Position numbers and translations under genes: made by a program
Notes under the pieces: model-generated
What the model saw: the letters and a program-made list of their open reading frames with translations, nothing else
Database searches by the model: none
Told to the model about the DNA's origin: nothing
Assembly (NCBI GenBank): GCA_043801595.1
Contig: JAZDLW010000021.1
Location: forward strand, 1-64,000
DNA length: 64,000 nt
From: Candidatus Aenigmatarchaeota archaeon
GTDB taxonomy: Archaea; Aenigmatarchaeota; Aenigmatarchaeia; JACPZZ01
Direction of reading: 5' to 3'
Shown: one piece after another, positions 29,670 to 38,353 of the stretch
Position numbering within the stretch: the stretch's first letter is position 1
How the letters are laid out: each line of letters starts with the position of its first letter

Positions 29670-31024
29670 AGAATGTAAAAATAGGACTTGAGATACATGA
29701 ACAATTAAATACGGACTCGAAATTATTCTGTTCTTGTCCCACGGACTACAGGATCGCAGAACCGAACTCGTCGATATGCCCGATATGCACAGGACAACCC
29801 GGTTCAAAGCCAGCGGGCGTCAACGAAAAAGCGTTCGATGCTGTTATAAAAATCGCGATCGCGCTCGGGTGCAGGATAATTACGGATAAGAAAATACACA
29901 TGCTTCGCAAACATTATGTTTATCCAGATCTTCCGAGCGGATACCAGCGCACGTCAGAACCGTTCGGCATTAACGGGAGCATCAACAACGTACAGATACA
30001 CGACGTACACCTTGAAGAAGATCCGGGACGGTTCTTTTTACGCGAAGGGTTTGTTGATTTAAACCGATCAGGAACCCCGTTAACTGAGATAACGACAGAT
30101 CCTGTATTCGAATCGCCGCAGCATGCGAGAGAATGGTTGGAAAAACTTGCGTCGATTCTTGATTACCTGAATGTAACGAGAAAGGAAGAGGGAACCATGC
30201 GAATAGACGCGAATATCTCGATAAACAACGGAAACAGGGTCGAGGTAAAAAACATAAATTCTTTTCGGAATGTCGAGAAGGCTTTATCATTCGAAATCGC
30301 CAGACAGGAGGATATTGTGCGAAGAAATGGTGTTGTTGAACGCGAGACGCGCCATTTTGACGAGAAGATGATATTGACATCGCCTTCAAGAAAAAAAGAG
30401 ACTGGCGAGGATTATCGCCACATGCCGGATCCGGATCTTTTGCCTATGACAATAACTGAGAAGGCTGTGAACGAACTGCGAAAAACGCTTCCCGAACTTC
30501 CGCAGGAAAAAGCGAAGAGATTTGTGAAAAATTATAAGATATCGCAGCAGAACGCGGAGAACATAGTTTCAGACCCGTATTCCGCAGACATGTTTGAAAA
30601 TGTTGTCAAGAACGCTGACGCAGCGCTAACGTCGAAATGGTTTGTCGGACAACTGAAGAAAACTCTGAATTACAACAACATGGCGCTGGCTGATTCCAAG
30701 ATAACCGAAAAGCAGCTTTCATCGCTTTTCGGAATGATCAAAGCGGAAAAAATAACCGAACGCGTTGCTGAAACAACGTTGCGAGAAATGGTCGTGAAGC
30801 CCGAGGATCCGGAAAAAATAATCAAACATTTGGGATTGACGAACGAAAAAAACATCGCGAAAATTGTCGAGACGATCATAAAAACCAACGCAAAGGCCGT
30901 CGCTGAATATAAAACAGGCAGGAAAGAAGCTTTCGAGTTTCTTGTCGGGCAGGTAATGAAAGCGACGAAAGGTTCTTCGGATCCGTCGGAAATAAGGAAA
31001 GTTTTAAAGGAACGATTGGCTTAA
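29666..31024 (+). CDS. gatB: Asp/Glu-tRNA amidotransferase subunit B
   Basis: IGLEIHEQL, KLFC, YPDLP, HLEEDPG, EVKNINS, GQVMK. Confidence 0.96.
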   Translation: MKNVKIGLEIHEQLNTDSKLFCSCPTDYRIAEPNSSICPICTGQPGSKPAGVNEKAFDAVIKIAIALGCRIITDKKIHMLRKHYVYPDLPSGYQRTSEPFGINGSINNVQIHDVHLEEDPGRFFLREGFVDLNRSGTPLTEITTDPVFESPQHAREWLEKLASILDYLNVTRKEEGTMRIDANISINNGNRVEVKNINSFRNVEKALSFEIARQEDIVRRNGVVERETRHFDEKMILTSPSRKKETGEDYRHMPDPDLLPMTITEKAVNELRKTLPELPQEKAKRFVKNYKISQQNAENIVSDPYSADMFENVVKNADAALTSKWFVGQLKKTLNYNNMALADSKITEKQLSSLFGMIKAEKITERVAETTLREMVVKPEDPEKIIKHLGLTNEKNIAKIVETIIKTNAKAVAEYKTGRKEAFEFLVGQVMKATKGSSDPSEIRKVLKERLA

Positions 31025-31058
31025 GACATTGCATCTACAACATAGACTAGCATTTCAG

Positions 31059-31133
31059 GGGCCCGTGGCGTAACCAGGACTAGCGCGGAAGGCTTCGGAC
31101 CTTCATGTGCGGGTTCAAATCCCGCCGGGCCCT
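31059..31133 (+). tRNA. tRNA-Arg (TCG)
   Basis: Acceptor GGGCCCG/CGGGCCC; anticodon arm GAAGG-CTTCGGA-CCTTC; T arm GCGGG-TTCAAAT-CCCGC. Confidence 0.95.
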
Positions 31134-31411
31134 TTATTAGCAAATACCTATTTCTAAGTGAATTGGGTTCAAGTCTGTCAGGACTCATACCCATTTACAT
31201 GCGGGTCCAGTTTCAATCCTGCTGGTTCCGAACCTGTTTAGGTTGGGGTCTTAAACGTCGGCGTTTTCTTCTGGACTAGGTTTTCGTTTTTCATACACGG
31301 TTAATGGAAGTGACGGGTATAGAAGGCTGTTGGAGGGGTTTGCGGGATGTGCGAATATAATTAAAAGTAAGTTTATTTGAAAGATGAAACAATTGATACT
31401 CAGTGATACGA

Positions 31412-31870
31412 ATGAGTGTTACGCAAGAATTAACTCAAGCCTTCGTAGACCTCATAAAATCGGTACATGACGATATTATTTCGGCAACCGGTGTTGAATT
31501 AAACGATCCAGAGGGCAGATTTAAGCATCTGCCTATTGGTGTGAAACAAATAGGAGTTAGAGACGAAGGAAGTTTGTACAGTTTCGGTTACCAATATTTG
31601 AATTTAATAGAAAAACACCCGGACAGCCCCATTGACGCAGCCGCTTTTATCATCGAAGAGGTAGCAGCCAAACATTACTTTTGGGACGGTAATAAAAGAA
31701 CGGCGTTTGTGTTCGCGGGTACATTCTTGAGAATAAGAGGCATTATTCTTGAACCTGACTATCTAAACGTGGTCGATTTCCTTATAAAGGTAGCTCAGGG
31801 CAAGTCTAATAAAGCTGAGATAAAGAAATGGTTATTAGAGCATTCTACAATCATCGGTGGTAGCAAATGA
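31412..31870 (+). CDS. Doc/Fic-family toxin
   Basis: HYFWDGNKRTA Doc-type motif; GVRDEGSL upstream motif. Confidence 0.88.
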   Translation: MSVTQELTQAFVDLIKSVHDDIISATGVELNDPEGRFKHLPIGVKQIGVRDEGSLYSFGYQYLNLIEKHPDSPIDAAAFIIEEVAAKHYFWDGNKRTAFVFAGTFLRIRGIILEPDYLNVVDFLIKVAQGKSNKAEIKKWLLEHSTIIGGSK

Positions 31871-31959
31871 CGAAAAAAGAAATGATTGAATTCAGAGAAG
31901 AAGCGAAGAAGTTCATTCAAGCCAACCTAAAGACTTTGAAAGAATTGGCGAAACACTAG
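31867..31959 (+). CDS. 30-aa candidate antitoxin (not in ORF track)
   Basis: MTKKEMIEFREEAKKFIQANLKTLKELAKH; ATGA overlap with doc; GGTGG SD-like motif. Confidence 0.6.
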   Translation: MTKKEMIEFREEAKKFIQANLKTLKELAKH

Positions 31960-31978
31960 AATCCACAGAGGAAAATCT

Positions 31979-32221
31979 ATGTGTCTAAAATGGTTAAATG
32001 AGATTTTCAGCAAGAAGAACGACAAAAAGAGAAAACAGGTTTACCATGATTATCTAATCGCACTACTCGCTGCAATCAGTGCGACCATACTATCGCCGTT
32101 TTATATAAATGGGTTTAGTGATTTCAGTTCAATCTTAAAATACCTCATTATTTTTGTTGGAATCAATTTCCTATTTTTTGTTATGATTCTTAAGAATACT
32201 ATCGGTAACGATTCTCGATAA
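31979..32221 (+). CDS. Small 2-TM hypothetical protein
   Basis: 80-aa ORF with GAGG SD-like motif. Confidence 0.55.
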   Translation: MCLKWLNEIFSKKNDKKRKQVYHDYLIALLAAISATILSPFYINGFSDFSSILKYLIIFVGINFLFFVMILKNTIGNDSR

Positions 32222-32293
32222 ACGTGATAGTGAACATTATCCGCATCCTCAACCTCCACTCTCCTTTATTAGCCTTCAGTTCCAATCGACCAG

Positions 32294-32467
32294 ATGAAAA
32301 TCAACATAACTCCAATGAAAAGGTTCGCACTCGATACTCCGCAGCTTCCTAGAGTGTTGCGGGAGCTGATGATCTCGGAACCGGATTACATGGATGTGAA
32401 CGAGTTCTGCATTAAAGCCGAGGTGTGGCTGCGGCTGACGCGGATTTTGGACGAGCGGCTGTTGTGA
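32294..32467 (+). CDS. 57-aa hypothetical protein (not in ORF track)
   Basis: MKINITPMKRFALDTPQLPRVLRELMISEPDYMDVNEFCIKAEVWLRLTRILDERLL; abuts the convergent methyltransferase gene. Confidence 0.55.
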   Translation: MKINITPMKRFALDTPQLPRVLRELMISEPDYMDVNEFCIKAEVWLRLTRILDERLL

Positions 32468-33292
32468 TTAACCGGTTCTCTCGATTGTCATTCCATTTGG
32501 ATATTCTTCTTGCATGTATTTAGGAACGGGTCTAATTACGATTTTACACCCAACCTTGATAACTCTTGATGTTTCGTCAACTAGGGTATCGAATTGTTTC
32601 TCAGCCTTTGGAGTTTTATCGTTATCATGTCCGAGATTTAGCACAGTTATTCCATCGAAAGTGGCATCGGCGAAAGGCAAATTTCTTGCGTCCCCGACAA
32701 CAAAACTTATTCTGTCTGTATACGGTTTGTAGTAATTCACGAATTCAGGAGTAGGTTGGGATTTCAGGAACTCTTCGACTGGCATATCGGATAGTTCAGA
32801 AAAATCTATTCTAAGAGGATAATCCGATACATCAAGTTTATACGTCTCACCGATCTTATATTTTGACATTCTTCGGCCTCTAGGATGTTCGGAAATTATT
32901 TGTAAGGTTTCTTGTAGTACCTCTTGATACGATGCCTTACGGTACGTTGCCCCATCATGTAAGCTATGTCTGAATCGAACATCATCCATGTTCGATTTTG
33001 CAAACAGTAAACGGTTTCGATACGGATCGGAAAGCATTCGATGAAGGTTCTCCGAATCTCCAGTTGTGAGAAAGTCGACATCGACAAACCCGTGTTCTTC
33101 CTTATAGGCACGGTTGTGTGCGGCTGTAACGACTCTATTTTTTATAAGATTAAATACTCCCTGTGTAGAATTTGTGTTTAGATCTGGAGTCACTTCATAA
33201 TCGAGACCGATGAAGACTAGATCGCTATACTTAATAACTTTGTCAAGCATCCATGTACCATCACCGCACCCAACATCGAGATGTAACTTCAT
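32468..33292 (-). CDS. Class I SAM-dependent methyltransferase with large insertion
   Basis: LDVGCGDG, IGLD, GDARNLPFADATFD, RVIK.G. Confidence 0.8.
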   Translation of the reverse strand: MKLHLDVGCGDGTWMLDKVIKYSDLVFIGLDYEVTPDLNTNSTQGVFNLIKNRVVTAAHNRAYKEEHGFVDVDFLTTGDSENLHRMLSDPYRNRLLFAKSNMDDVRFRHSLHDGATYRKASYQEVLQETLQIISEHPRGRRMSKYKIGETYKLDVSDYPLRIDFSELSDMPVEEFLKSQPTPEFVNYYKPYTDRISFVVGDARNLPFADATFDGITVLNLGHDNDKTPKAEKQFDTLVDETSRVIKVGCKIVIRPVPKYMQEEYPNGMTIERTG

Positions 33293-33532
33293 AATGAAAC
33301 CGAATTTATCTCACAATGTAACGATTTAAACCTCTGACTTACTCGTACAACCCGCAAGCTACCCGTCAAAAACAACGGACCTGAACCCAAATGGACCTTG
33401 GTCCCGCCGGGCCCTAAATAGATTCATACCTATTTTTCAGACGTATTTTGGCTCAAATCCCAAAATTTGGTCTCTTTGTCAACCAGAGCTCGAAAAACGC
33501 GCTTAAATACCTCCGAGTATTCGATTACGATT

Positions 33533-33991
33533 ATGACCGATTCCGAGTTCCTTTTGGAAATAGACAATATGACCGATGCAGAAAGAAAGAGAATAGAATA
33601 TATCGCAGAAAAAACAGGCTCCCGTAAACCAAAACACGCATTTGTCATGAATGAAGAAGGAATGAAAATGGTTGTGAATAAAATTCCGTATGAACGCATC
33701 CGTGTAAGAGTATTGGGGGCAGAGAGGCACATTGAAGAAATGACGAGTTACACTACCGAAATGCTGGAAGTTCCCAGTGGTATGGACGAGAGAACGCTAA
33801 ATTATCTGATGAAATCGCAAAAACTAACAAGGGAAGGCGCGTACCTGAGGGGTAAACGCGGCACGGTTGAAGTTACGGAACTGGATCTTTCCGACAAACC
33901 GCACATGAAAGTAAGATACAACACATCCGGCGGTGCAAGAATAACAGAAAAATTAAGAGGTGCAATCGAACTGTACGCAAATACGGTTTGA
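33533..33991 (+). CDS. Hypothetical protein
   Basis: ATG-started ORF with coding-like composition. Confidence 0.65.
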   Translation: MTDSEFLLEIDNMTDAERKRIEYIAEKTGSRKPKHAFVMNEEGMKMVVNKIPYERIRVRVLGAERHIEEMTSYTTEMLEVPSGMDERTLNYLMKSQKLTREGAYLRGKRGTVEVTELDLSDKPHMKVRYNTSGGARITEKLRGAIELYANTV

Positions 33992-34042
33992 TGGCTTTGT
34001 GCGCAACTTCTATTTTTATTATCCGATAACTAAATAATAGTT

Positions 34043-35071
34043 ATGGCTTTGAAGAACGCTTTTTCGAAAACGCGCAAATCCCTGGAAGGAAAATATGCGA
34101 ATTTCAGGCACAGCCCCGATGTGATCGTGATAGGAGAGATTCACACCGACGAAAAACACACACGCAACGAAGCGAGATTAATCGAAAGGTTTAGGCCGGA
34201 ATACGTTTTGTGCGAAGGCTTGGATCAGGAAACTCCGGAAACCACAAAAAACTTCGTCAACGACCTGAAATACGGAACCGTTGCCAAACTTGCCGAAGTT
34301 GCGGGAATGAAACCCGAGGATATGGGGATAACTCCGGACATAATCGCAGCTATGAAATCCAAAAATGCGACGGACATAAGAGAATTGGCGGAAAGATATC
34401 AAAAAGAGCTGGGTTATGGAAAAGGCAAGGCCATGCGCATTGCAAGGAAAGGGCTCGGATCCGAAGGCAAGACTCCAAAGGAGTATAAATCGCTTGTAAG
34501 AACCCCCATACACGAACTCGGCGCCAATGCGATTAACGCAATTGAAAATTCGATCGGAAAAAAACAGGACGAATATGTTAAAAGGGGGGACATAAAATCC
34601 AATGAAGTATTAACCACGGTGATAAGATTTTTGACAAAGTATTCCTCTTTTTACGGCGACAGTATGAAAAAAATCAGAACCATAGGTTATTCAGCAGCGC
34701 AGGTCGGAGCAAAATTAGCAGGATGCGATATAGAAAAGGAAATTCCGAAAACGGATTTGGGAGACGGAAAGGATCCGATGCAATACATGGAAAACTTCGC
34801 GTCAATGGTTGATAAATTAAACCAGTATGCGACATCGAAAAATCCCGAACGTGAAAGAGAAATGGGAAACAAAATAGTGGGATATGCAAAACAACGAAAA
34901 ACCGACTGCCCGATAATAGTAATCATTGGAGATTATCATGCAAGAAAGGATTCGGGTGTGTACGAAGCGCTTAAAGAAGCCGGACTGAAATACAAGACAG
35001 TCAGGCAACGTTCGGGTGGTGGAGATGCGCTGAAACAATTTTTTTATATGGACAGGTTAGGCTCTAAATGA
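34043..35071 (+). CDS. Hypothetical protein, possible TIKI/ChaN/EreA-like fold
   Basis: VIVIGEIH, VLCEG, RE..M and IIVIIGDYH motif order. Confidence 0.6.
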   Translation: MALKNAFSKTRKSLEGKYANFRHSPDVIVIGEIHTDEKHTRNEARLIERFRPEYVLCEGLDQETPETTKNFVNDLKYGTVAKLAEVAGMKPEDMGITPDIIAAMKSKNATDIRELAERYQKELGYGKGKAMRIARKGLGSEGKTPKEYKSLVRTPIHELGANAINAIENSIGKKQDEYVKRGDIKSNEVLTTVIRFLTKYSSFYGDSMKKIRTIGYSAAQVGAKLAGCDIEKEIPKTDLGDGKDPMQYMENFASMVDKLNQYATSKNPEREREMGNKIVGYAKQRKTDCPIIVIIGDYHARKDSGVYEALKEAGLKYKTVRQRSGGGDALKQFFYMDRLGSK

Positions 35072-35200
35072 TTTCCCTGATCAGAGCGCACGTCACAAAT
35101 ATCGCAAATCTCCATGTAAGAGAATTTGAACCCTGAGGCAACAACCCGCCGAACCCTTTTCTTTTTATCTGTGCGACGGCAATGCTATTATTCGGTGCTT

Positions 35201-35647
35201 TTGTTGGTTAACACTACCGATATTCTTGTACACGATCTGATGAAGGAGCCTGTTTCCATCAGGGAGGACACGACAATAGGCGAAATGCTCGAGATAATCA
35301 AAAAGGAAAAGATAATCCTTGTTTCAGTAACGGATAAGAATAACACGCTTATAGGAACCGTAACGGAATACGACCTGATAAAGCTCGTAAAGCCCGGCTC
35401 GTTGTCGCCGTTAGCCGGCACTGTCTGGTTAAACAGCATAGAGAAATCGCAAAAAGACAGGCCTGTCAGGGAAATAATGAACAACAAGCCTGTATCGATA
35501 TCGCAGAATGACAGCATAGATGCCGCGCTTAAAACCATGAGCAACTACGAAGGCTTGCGCGTGCTTCCGGTCGTTGATTCGGAAAACAAGCTTATAGGGA
35601 TCATAAGAATAAGGGACGTGTTTGAAAAACTTTTCACGGATGTGTAG
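35201..35647 (+). CDS. CBS-domain pair protein
   Basis: VHDLMKEPVSI...LIGTVTEYDL and VREIM...LPVVD...LIGIIRIRD; start approximate. Confidence 0.88.
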   Translation: MLVNTTDILVHDLMKEPVSIREDTTIGEMLEIIKKEKIILVSVTDKNNTLIGTVTEYDLIKLVKPGSLSPLAGTVWLNSIEKSQKDRPVREIMNNKPVSISQNDSIDAALKTMSNYEGLRVLPVVDSENKLIGIIRIRDVFEKLFTDV

Positions 35648-35650
35648 AGC

Positions 35651-36862
35651 ATGGCTAACCTGGAAATATTCGACCTCGCACTTTTACTTCTCGGCGCTAA
35701 AACCGGAGGAATAATCTTTCACAAACTCCACCAGCCGAGTTTAGCTGGAGAGTTGCTCGCAGGGATCGTACTCGGATCTTCGATACTGAAACTTGTCAAT
35801 CCGTCCCAGATCGTCGAGGCGACAAGCCAGCTAGGCCTGATGTTTCTCGTGCTGTTAACAACGCTGGCAATAGACTGGAGCAAGGTTGAAAACAAGGTCG
35901 AATCATACTCGATGATCGAGATAATAATGGCGATTATCGTAATGGTAATAACTTTTTTTGTGGGAAATTTGCTGAAGTGGAACTTTTTCACAAGCGTGGT
36001 CGTTGCGCTTGCCATGATGCAGTCAAGCCTTGCAATAGCTTCGCGAACGCTTGCGAACATAGGCGAGTTAAACAGCAAGGAAGGGGAGGCGATAATCGGA
36101 TTCCAGGTCGTCAATGACATTGTTGCGATCTTGAGCATTGCGGTTGTCGCGAATTTCCTGCAAAATTCCACGCTTGGTGTAGGAACACTGGCAAAAATGC
36201 TGTTCATTGTAGTCGGCTTTGTCGTGGTAATGAGCAAGACAGGGCTCAAGTTCACGATCTGGCTGACGGATACTGTGCAAAAGCACGGATTGGAAGATAC
36301 GCTTCTAGGATTGACGCTTGTGCTGTCATTCTCGCTTGCAACGTTTACGGAAAAGCTCGGGCTTGAAAGTTTCCTTGGTGTGTTTTTAGCAGGGCTGTTG
36401 TTGAGCAAAACGCCGCAGGCAAGCGTAATATCCGGAAAGGTAAAGGAGGTCGGAGAGGCGTTTTTCATACCAATATTCTTCGCGTCGATAGGGCTTGGCG
36501 TGGATGTTATGAGCGCATACCAGCAACTGCCATTCATAATCTCGTTCGCGCTGTTTGCCATTGCGATCAAGATGATCTCGTACGCAGCGCCGCTGGCAGC
36601 ATTCGGATATTCCGGAAGGGAGTCGTTAAGGATAGGATCGGGCATGGTTTCGGTGTCGGAGATGTCGCTTATCATCCTGAGTATAGGGCTGGCTGCGAAC
36701 GCGTTCGACGTGCATGTTTATTCTATGATGATAGCGATATTCCTCATAATTGACGTCGTATCGCCGATAATCACATCAATGTTCTTCAGGGACAAAAACA
36801 TGCCTTCGTACCCGAAAAGATCGTCCAGATTCGGCGTTCTCAACAAAGGATTTACACGGTAG
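35651..36862 (+). CDS. Cation:proton antiporter (CPA2/Kef-like)
   Basis: GELLAGIVLG, VVND, LGVFLAG, FFIPIFFASIG; many TM segments. Confidence 0.9.
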   Translation: MANLEIFDLALLLLGAKTGGIIFHKLHQPSLAGELLAGIVLGSSILKLVNPSQIVEATSQLGLMFLVLLTTLAIDWSKVENKVESYSMIEIIMAIIVMVITFFVGNLLKWNFFTSVVVALAMMQSSLAIASRTLANIGELNSKEGEAIIGFQVVNDIVAILSIAVVANFLQNSTLGVGTLAKMLFIVVGFVVVMSKTGLKFTIWLTDTVQKHGLEDTLLGLTLVLSFSLATFTEKLGLESFLGVFLAGLLLSKTPQASVISGKVKEVGEAFFIPIFFASIGLGVDVMSAYQQLPFIISFALFAIAIKMISYAAPLAAFGYSGRESLRIGSGMVSVSEMSLIILSIGLAANAFDVHVYSMMIAIFLIIDVVSPIITSMFFRDKNMPSYPKRSSRFGVLNKGFTR

Positions 36863-36898
36863 TAATCGCTTTTTATTGCGACAGCTACAAATAAGATT

Positions 36899-37513
36899 GT
36901 GGCAATCAATCTTCCAGACCTTATTGTCCCGTCTTCGATAGGCGCTACAACCGGCATGTTGATAGTGTTTCTTGTGCTAAAAAACCTTTCACTCGGCCTC
37001 AAATTAAAACTGGCCGGCGGAGGCTTTGCAACAGCGATGGTTGTCGCTGCCCTGTACTACGCGTTCCAAAACATAATTTTCGGAGTGGTTATAGGGACAT
37101 TGTGGGCATTCGGATGGCTGGTGATAATCGCAGACCAGTACTCGAAAACCATGAAGGACTTCGAGCCTCTTGAGAATCCATTGAAAATGACCGCGAATAC
37201 GGTCGCGAGCATGTCGGCAATGATGCTGACGATAATAGTGTTCATCCTTGGTTCTGCAGCAACGATATTTCCGCAGTCATCCAGCAAATTTTCGCTCGTG
37301 GCTTTTTCAGCGCCTCCGCTGATAGGAGCGATAAGTTTCATCATGTGCTCCTATTTCACGACCAAATTCGAACTGGAAACCGAACCTTACGCAAAACAGC
37401 AGAGTCTTAAGAAGGTAGTTGCGTGGTGGACAATAGGGCAGACAATACTGATTTCAACCATAGTCTCGGTGTCGTTTTTCGTTGCATTTGTCGTAGAAAC
37501 AATCGTAGCCTAA
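36899..37513 (+). CDS. Multi-TM hypothetical protein, paralog of 37605-38213
   Basis: Shares VLKN..LKLK, GT.WA..WL.IIA, LVAF.APPLI and WW.IGQT. Confidence 0.75.
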   Translation: MAINLPDLIVPSSIGATTGMLIVFLVLKNLSLGLKLKLAGGGFATAMVVAALYYAFQNIIFGVVIGTLWAFGWLVIIADQYSKTMKDFEPLENPLKMTANTVASMSAMMLTIIVFILGSAATIFPQSSSKFSLVAFSAPPLIGAISFIMCSYFTTKFELETEPYAKQQSLKKVVAWWTIGQTILISTIVSVSFFVAFVVETIVA

Positions 37514-37592
37514 ACTTTCTTTCTAAGAAAGTTTAATCAAAGAAGTAAAAGTTTAATCAAACAAACTTTTAGCAAAAGTTTGATCAAAAGAG
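37511..37592 (+). repeat. Family-1 palindromic repeat cluster
   Basis: TAAACTTTCTT-TCT-AAGAAAGTTTA-ATCAAAG plus AAACTTTT-AGC-AAAAGTTT-GATCAAAAG; three AAAGTTTRATCAAA tails. Confidence 0.75.
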
Positions 37593-37604
37593 AATGGTGA
37601 TCGC

Positions 37605-38213
37605 ATGGACATGACAAATCTGATAGCGCCGCTGGCAATAGGCGGAATAACCGGGCTAATGATCGTTTTGCTCGTTCTCAAGAATTTCGCCGCGAAATTG
37701 AAATTAAAAATAACAATCGCGGCTTTCTTATCTGCTGCGATCGTAGCCATGGTATATTACGTTTTACAGAACATAGTGACCGGCGTCATACTTGGCACGT
37801 CATGGGCTTTGGCATGGCTTTTCATAATAGCGGAATACGGAATAAAAACCATTCCCAATATGAACCTGAAAAACGATCCGCTGGAATTGATTGAGGAGAA
37901 CGCGAGCAACCTTGCCGGATTATTGATAGCAGCCATAGCTTTCATACTCGGAATTTCCGCAACCCTATTCAAGAATCCCGGCGATAAATTCAACCTGGTG
38001 GCATTCGCCGCACCGCCGCTTATCTCGGCCATAAGCATGGGCATATGCACGTACTTCGCGACCAAATACAGCATGACAAACGATTTCAAGACAAAGCAAT
38101 ATTATTTGAAAAGATCCCTAATATGGTGGGACATAGGGCAGACCATTTTCATTGCGACCACACTTACAATGATAATCTTCGTCGGGATGTCAATAGAAAA
38201 GATCATAATGTAA
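37605..38213 (+). CDS. Multi-TM hypothetical protein, paralog of 36899-37513
   Basis: Tandem duplicate; GGTGA SD motif. Confidence 0.78.
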   Translation: MDMTNLIAPLAIGGITGLMIVLLVLKNFAAKLKLKITIAAFLSAAIVAMVYYVLQNIVTGVILGTSWALAWLFIIAEYGIKTIPNMNLKNDPLELIEENASNLAGLLIAAIAFILGISATLFKNPGDKFNLVAFAAPPLISAISMGICTYFATKYSMTNDFKTKQYYLKRSLIWWDIGQTIFIATTLTMIIFVGMSIEKIIM

Positions 38214-38353
38214 ACTTCTTAGAACAACGGGAAGCCCTGCTTTCAACGAAAACCACAAGGTTTCAACGGAAACCATCGGTTTCCGTGCATGGGGAAAACG
38301 AGTTTCCCTATGCCGTGCAAAGGAAACGGTGCGTTTCCTTTGAGAAGTTTATC
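38211..38353 (+). repeat. Nested repeat: family-2 hairpin units inside family-1-like ends
   Basis: TAAACTTCT...AGAAGTTTA ends enclose three AACG(G/A)..-loop-..TTTC units and two CGTGCA-plus-hairpin tails. Confidence 0.7.

Larger units (their letters stand above)
31120..33415. mobile_element. tRNA-Arg-integrated islet without integrase
   Basis: 14-bp direct repeat TCCCGCCGGGCCCT at 31120-31133 (tRNA 3' end) and 33402-33415; cargo includes a Doc toxin and a methyltransferase. Confidence 0.75.

Noticed and set aside
25783..36675. Long antisense ORFs such as 25783-26589 and 35719-36675 (likewise 20658-21446 and 59355-60134)
   Set aside because: They lie opposite well-supported genes and have no recognisable motifs.
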